From positions 8,884 through 72,883 of the forward strand of contig JABHGM010000001.1 in NCBI GenBank assembly GCA_018672055.1: 64,000 nucleotides of DNA, given 5' to 3'. The notes under the pieces were generated by a model, which saw only the letters and a program-made list of their open reading frames with translations, ran no database searches and was not told the DNA's origin. This document shows positions 62,797-64,000 of the stretch, in pieces. Source of the DNA: a bacterium (lineage in GTDB: Bacteria; Patescibacteriota; Patescibacteriia; UBA1558; UBA10009). The position numbers and the translations under genes were made by a program. How positions within the stretch are numbered: the first letter of the stretch is position 1; every line of letters begins with the position of its first letter.

Positions 62797-62829
62797 AGGT
62801 CACTTTGTAAAAAGTGGCCTTTTTCTTTT
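62797..62829. terminator. Bidirectional Rho-independent terminator between convergent genes
   Basis: aggtcacttt-gtaa-aaagtggcct stem (one G-U pair), flanked by an A-run upstream and ttttctttt downstream. Confidence 0.65.
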
Positions 62830-62841
62830 ACTTGAAATATA

Positions 62842-63933
62842 TTATTTTCTTTTTATAACATTCATTATTCCATTAGTACCATCTACCTCTACAATATCAC
62901 CGTCTTTTAATATCTTGGTAGCACTTTTAGCGCCAATAATACATGGTATACCTGCTTCACGTGCCAGCGTTACTGGATGCGATGTAATACCTGGTCCTCC
63001 ATCACAGACCATGCCTACTGATAATGAAATAATTGTTGAAAATACTGGAGTAGCTTGTAAGGTGGCAATAATGTCACCTTTTTTTACTTTATGAAAACTA
63101 TCTGGATTAATTACTATTTTAACAGGTCCTTTTGCTTTGCCTGGGGAAACCGGTTGACCTGTTAAATATTTAGCCTTCATATCAATTTTAACGTACTTCT
63201 TAAATATATCCTCAGCTTTTTTTTCAATAATAACCTTTGCTCCTGTATGGCTACACTGCCAGCATGATAATTTAATTCTTTCAGATAATTCTCTAGAATA
63301 ATCCTTTTTACCTACCAAAGCTTTTCTAAATTCATTCATCTTAAAATGTCTTATTTGATTAACAGTTAAAGCTAAACGTCTAGCTGATTCATTTAAAACT
63401 GGATCAAAATAGTAAAGAGATAATGATACTATAGTTTTTCTAAGCTCTTTATAATACATACCTTCTCTCATGGTCTGAAATAATCTAGCAGTGTCTTTAT
63501 CAATATCTAATTTTTTTATAATTCTCTTTTGATCTGAATCTAGCTTTTTTTCTTCATTTATTAGCTTACTTAACTTATTATTAGGATTACCTGTTAAATG
63601 CTTTTTAAAACGTAATATAAAGTCTTCGAATGTAAGTACTGGATCTTCGTAATCACGAGTTAGCCAAAAATAATTCTTTTCATGAGCTTTAATTAATTTA
63701 TATAGCTCTTTATCTTTTTTTATACCTTCTAAATTATTAGATTTAATTAATTTAACCCATTTATCTTTTTTAGATATTATTACTAATAATTTCAAAGCAG
63801 CTACGAGTTCTTTACGATTAACCATAGCTGAGTATTCAGTAATTAATACATTTAAATATTTACCTGCTTTTTGTTTATCACTTACTTTATTGAATATATA
63901 ATTCCTTAGATATTCAAATAAATAATTTTCCAT
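62842..63933 (-). CDS. PEP-utilising enzyme 'mobile' (phosphohistidine swivel) domain protein; reading frame stays open upstream to the window edge
   Basis: C-terminal 'GQPVSPGKAKGPVKIV...GDIIATLQATPVFSTIISLSVGMVCDGGPGITSHPVTLAREAGIPCIIG' matches the PEP-utilisers swivel domain (GG..SHAAI.ARE.GIP). In-frame sequence upstream of Met (63934-64000) has no stop, so the true N-terminus may lie outside the window. Confidence 0.7.
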   Translation of the reverse strand: MENYLFEYLRNYIFNKVSDKQKAGKYLNVLITEYSAMVNRKELVAALKLLVIISKKDKWVKLIKSNNLEGIKKDKELYKLIKAHEKNYFWLTRDYEDPVLTFEDFILRFKKHLTGNPNNKLSKLINEEKKLDSDQKRIIKKLDIDKDTARLFQTMREGMYYKELRKTIVSLSLYYFDPVLNESARRLALTVNQIRHFKMNEFRKALVGKKDYSRELSERIKLSCWQCSHTGAKVIIEKKAEDIFKKYVKIDMKAKYLTGQPVSPGKAKGPVKIVINPDSFHKVKKGDIIATLQATPVFSTIISLSVGMVCDGGPGITSHPVTLAREAGIPCIIGAKSATKILKDGDIVEVDGTNGIMNVIKRK

Positions 63934-64000
63934 AGCAAGTACTGGAAAATATGTTGAATATATTTGCTTATATCTTTTCTCGTATCCTTCATGAAGGCTA

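Noticed and set aside
38621-63000. Other small embedded ORFs (38621..38803, 41073..41264, 43836..44018, 45001..45210, 45986..46174, 46469..46684, 47941..48129, 51867..52052, 58437..58637, 59917..60240, 62339..62602)
   Set aside because: Embedded in, or antisense to, larger confidently assigned genes. No independent signals.

Overview
This is a very AT-rich, gene-dense bacterial window. Most genes lack Shine-Dalgarno sequences, and several short promoters are close to the sigma70 consensus. The content looks more like Candidate Phyla Radiation (CPR, Patescibacteria) or a similar small-genome lineage than a classical model bacterium. I cannot confirm the taxon from sequence alone.

From roughly 39977 down to 1 there is a continuous minus-strand gene array:
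- secreted repeat proteins;
- a complete type IV pilus (T4P) locus: pilM/N/O-like, pilB, a stand-alone receiver, a PilT-like protein whose ATPase motifs are all degenerate, pilC, four tandem Cys-rich pilin paralogs, pilD, and a FimT/PilV/PilW/PilX-like minor-pilin set;
- ligA, translationally coupled (ATGA overlap) to three tandem giant (1733-1786 aa) DUF2341 + multi-LamG (Laminin_G_3) surface-protein paralogs;
- gatC-gatA, two DsbA-like oxidoreductases, and a partial lgt.

The plus-strand block (40247-52623) is mostly housekeeping: a Kelch-like secreted protein with a Bacteroidota-type T9SS C-terminal sorting domain, lemA-htpX, clpC, comFC, two tRNA-Ser, a DUF4143-type AAA ATPase, tRNA-Arg and recG.

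The right-hand minus-strand block (52624-61849) looks like a Gram-positive-style type IV secretion module. It has a PrgI-like protein, a VirB4 family ATPase apparently split over two ORFs, several membrane proteins, a 2-TM Cys-rich protein, a TolB-like propeller and a third DsbA-like protein. It is flanked by PEP-synthase-domain proteins and by a GC-richer plus-strand gene with SD+GTG start.

There are no rRNA genes, CRISPR arrays, transposases or integrases in the window. The most interesting items are the T4P-giant adhesin array, the PilT-like protein with degenerate catalytic motifs, and the relaxase-less T4SS-like module.
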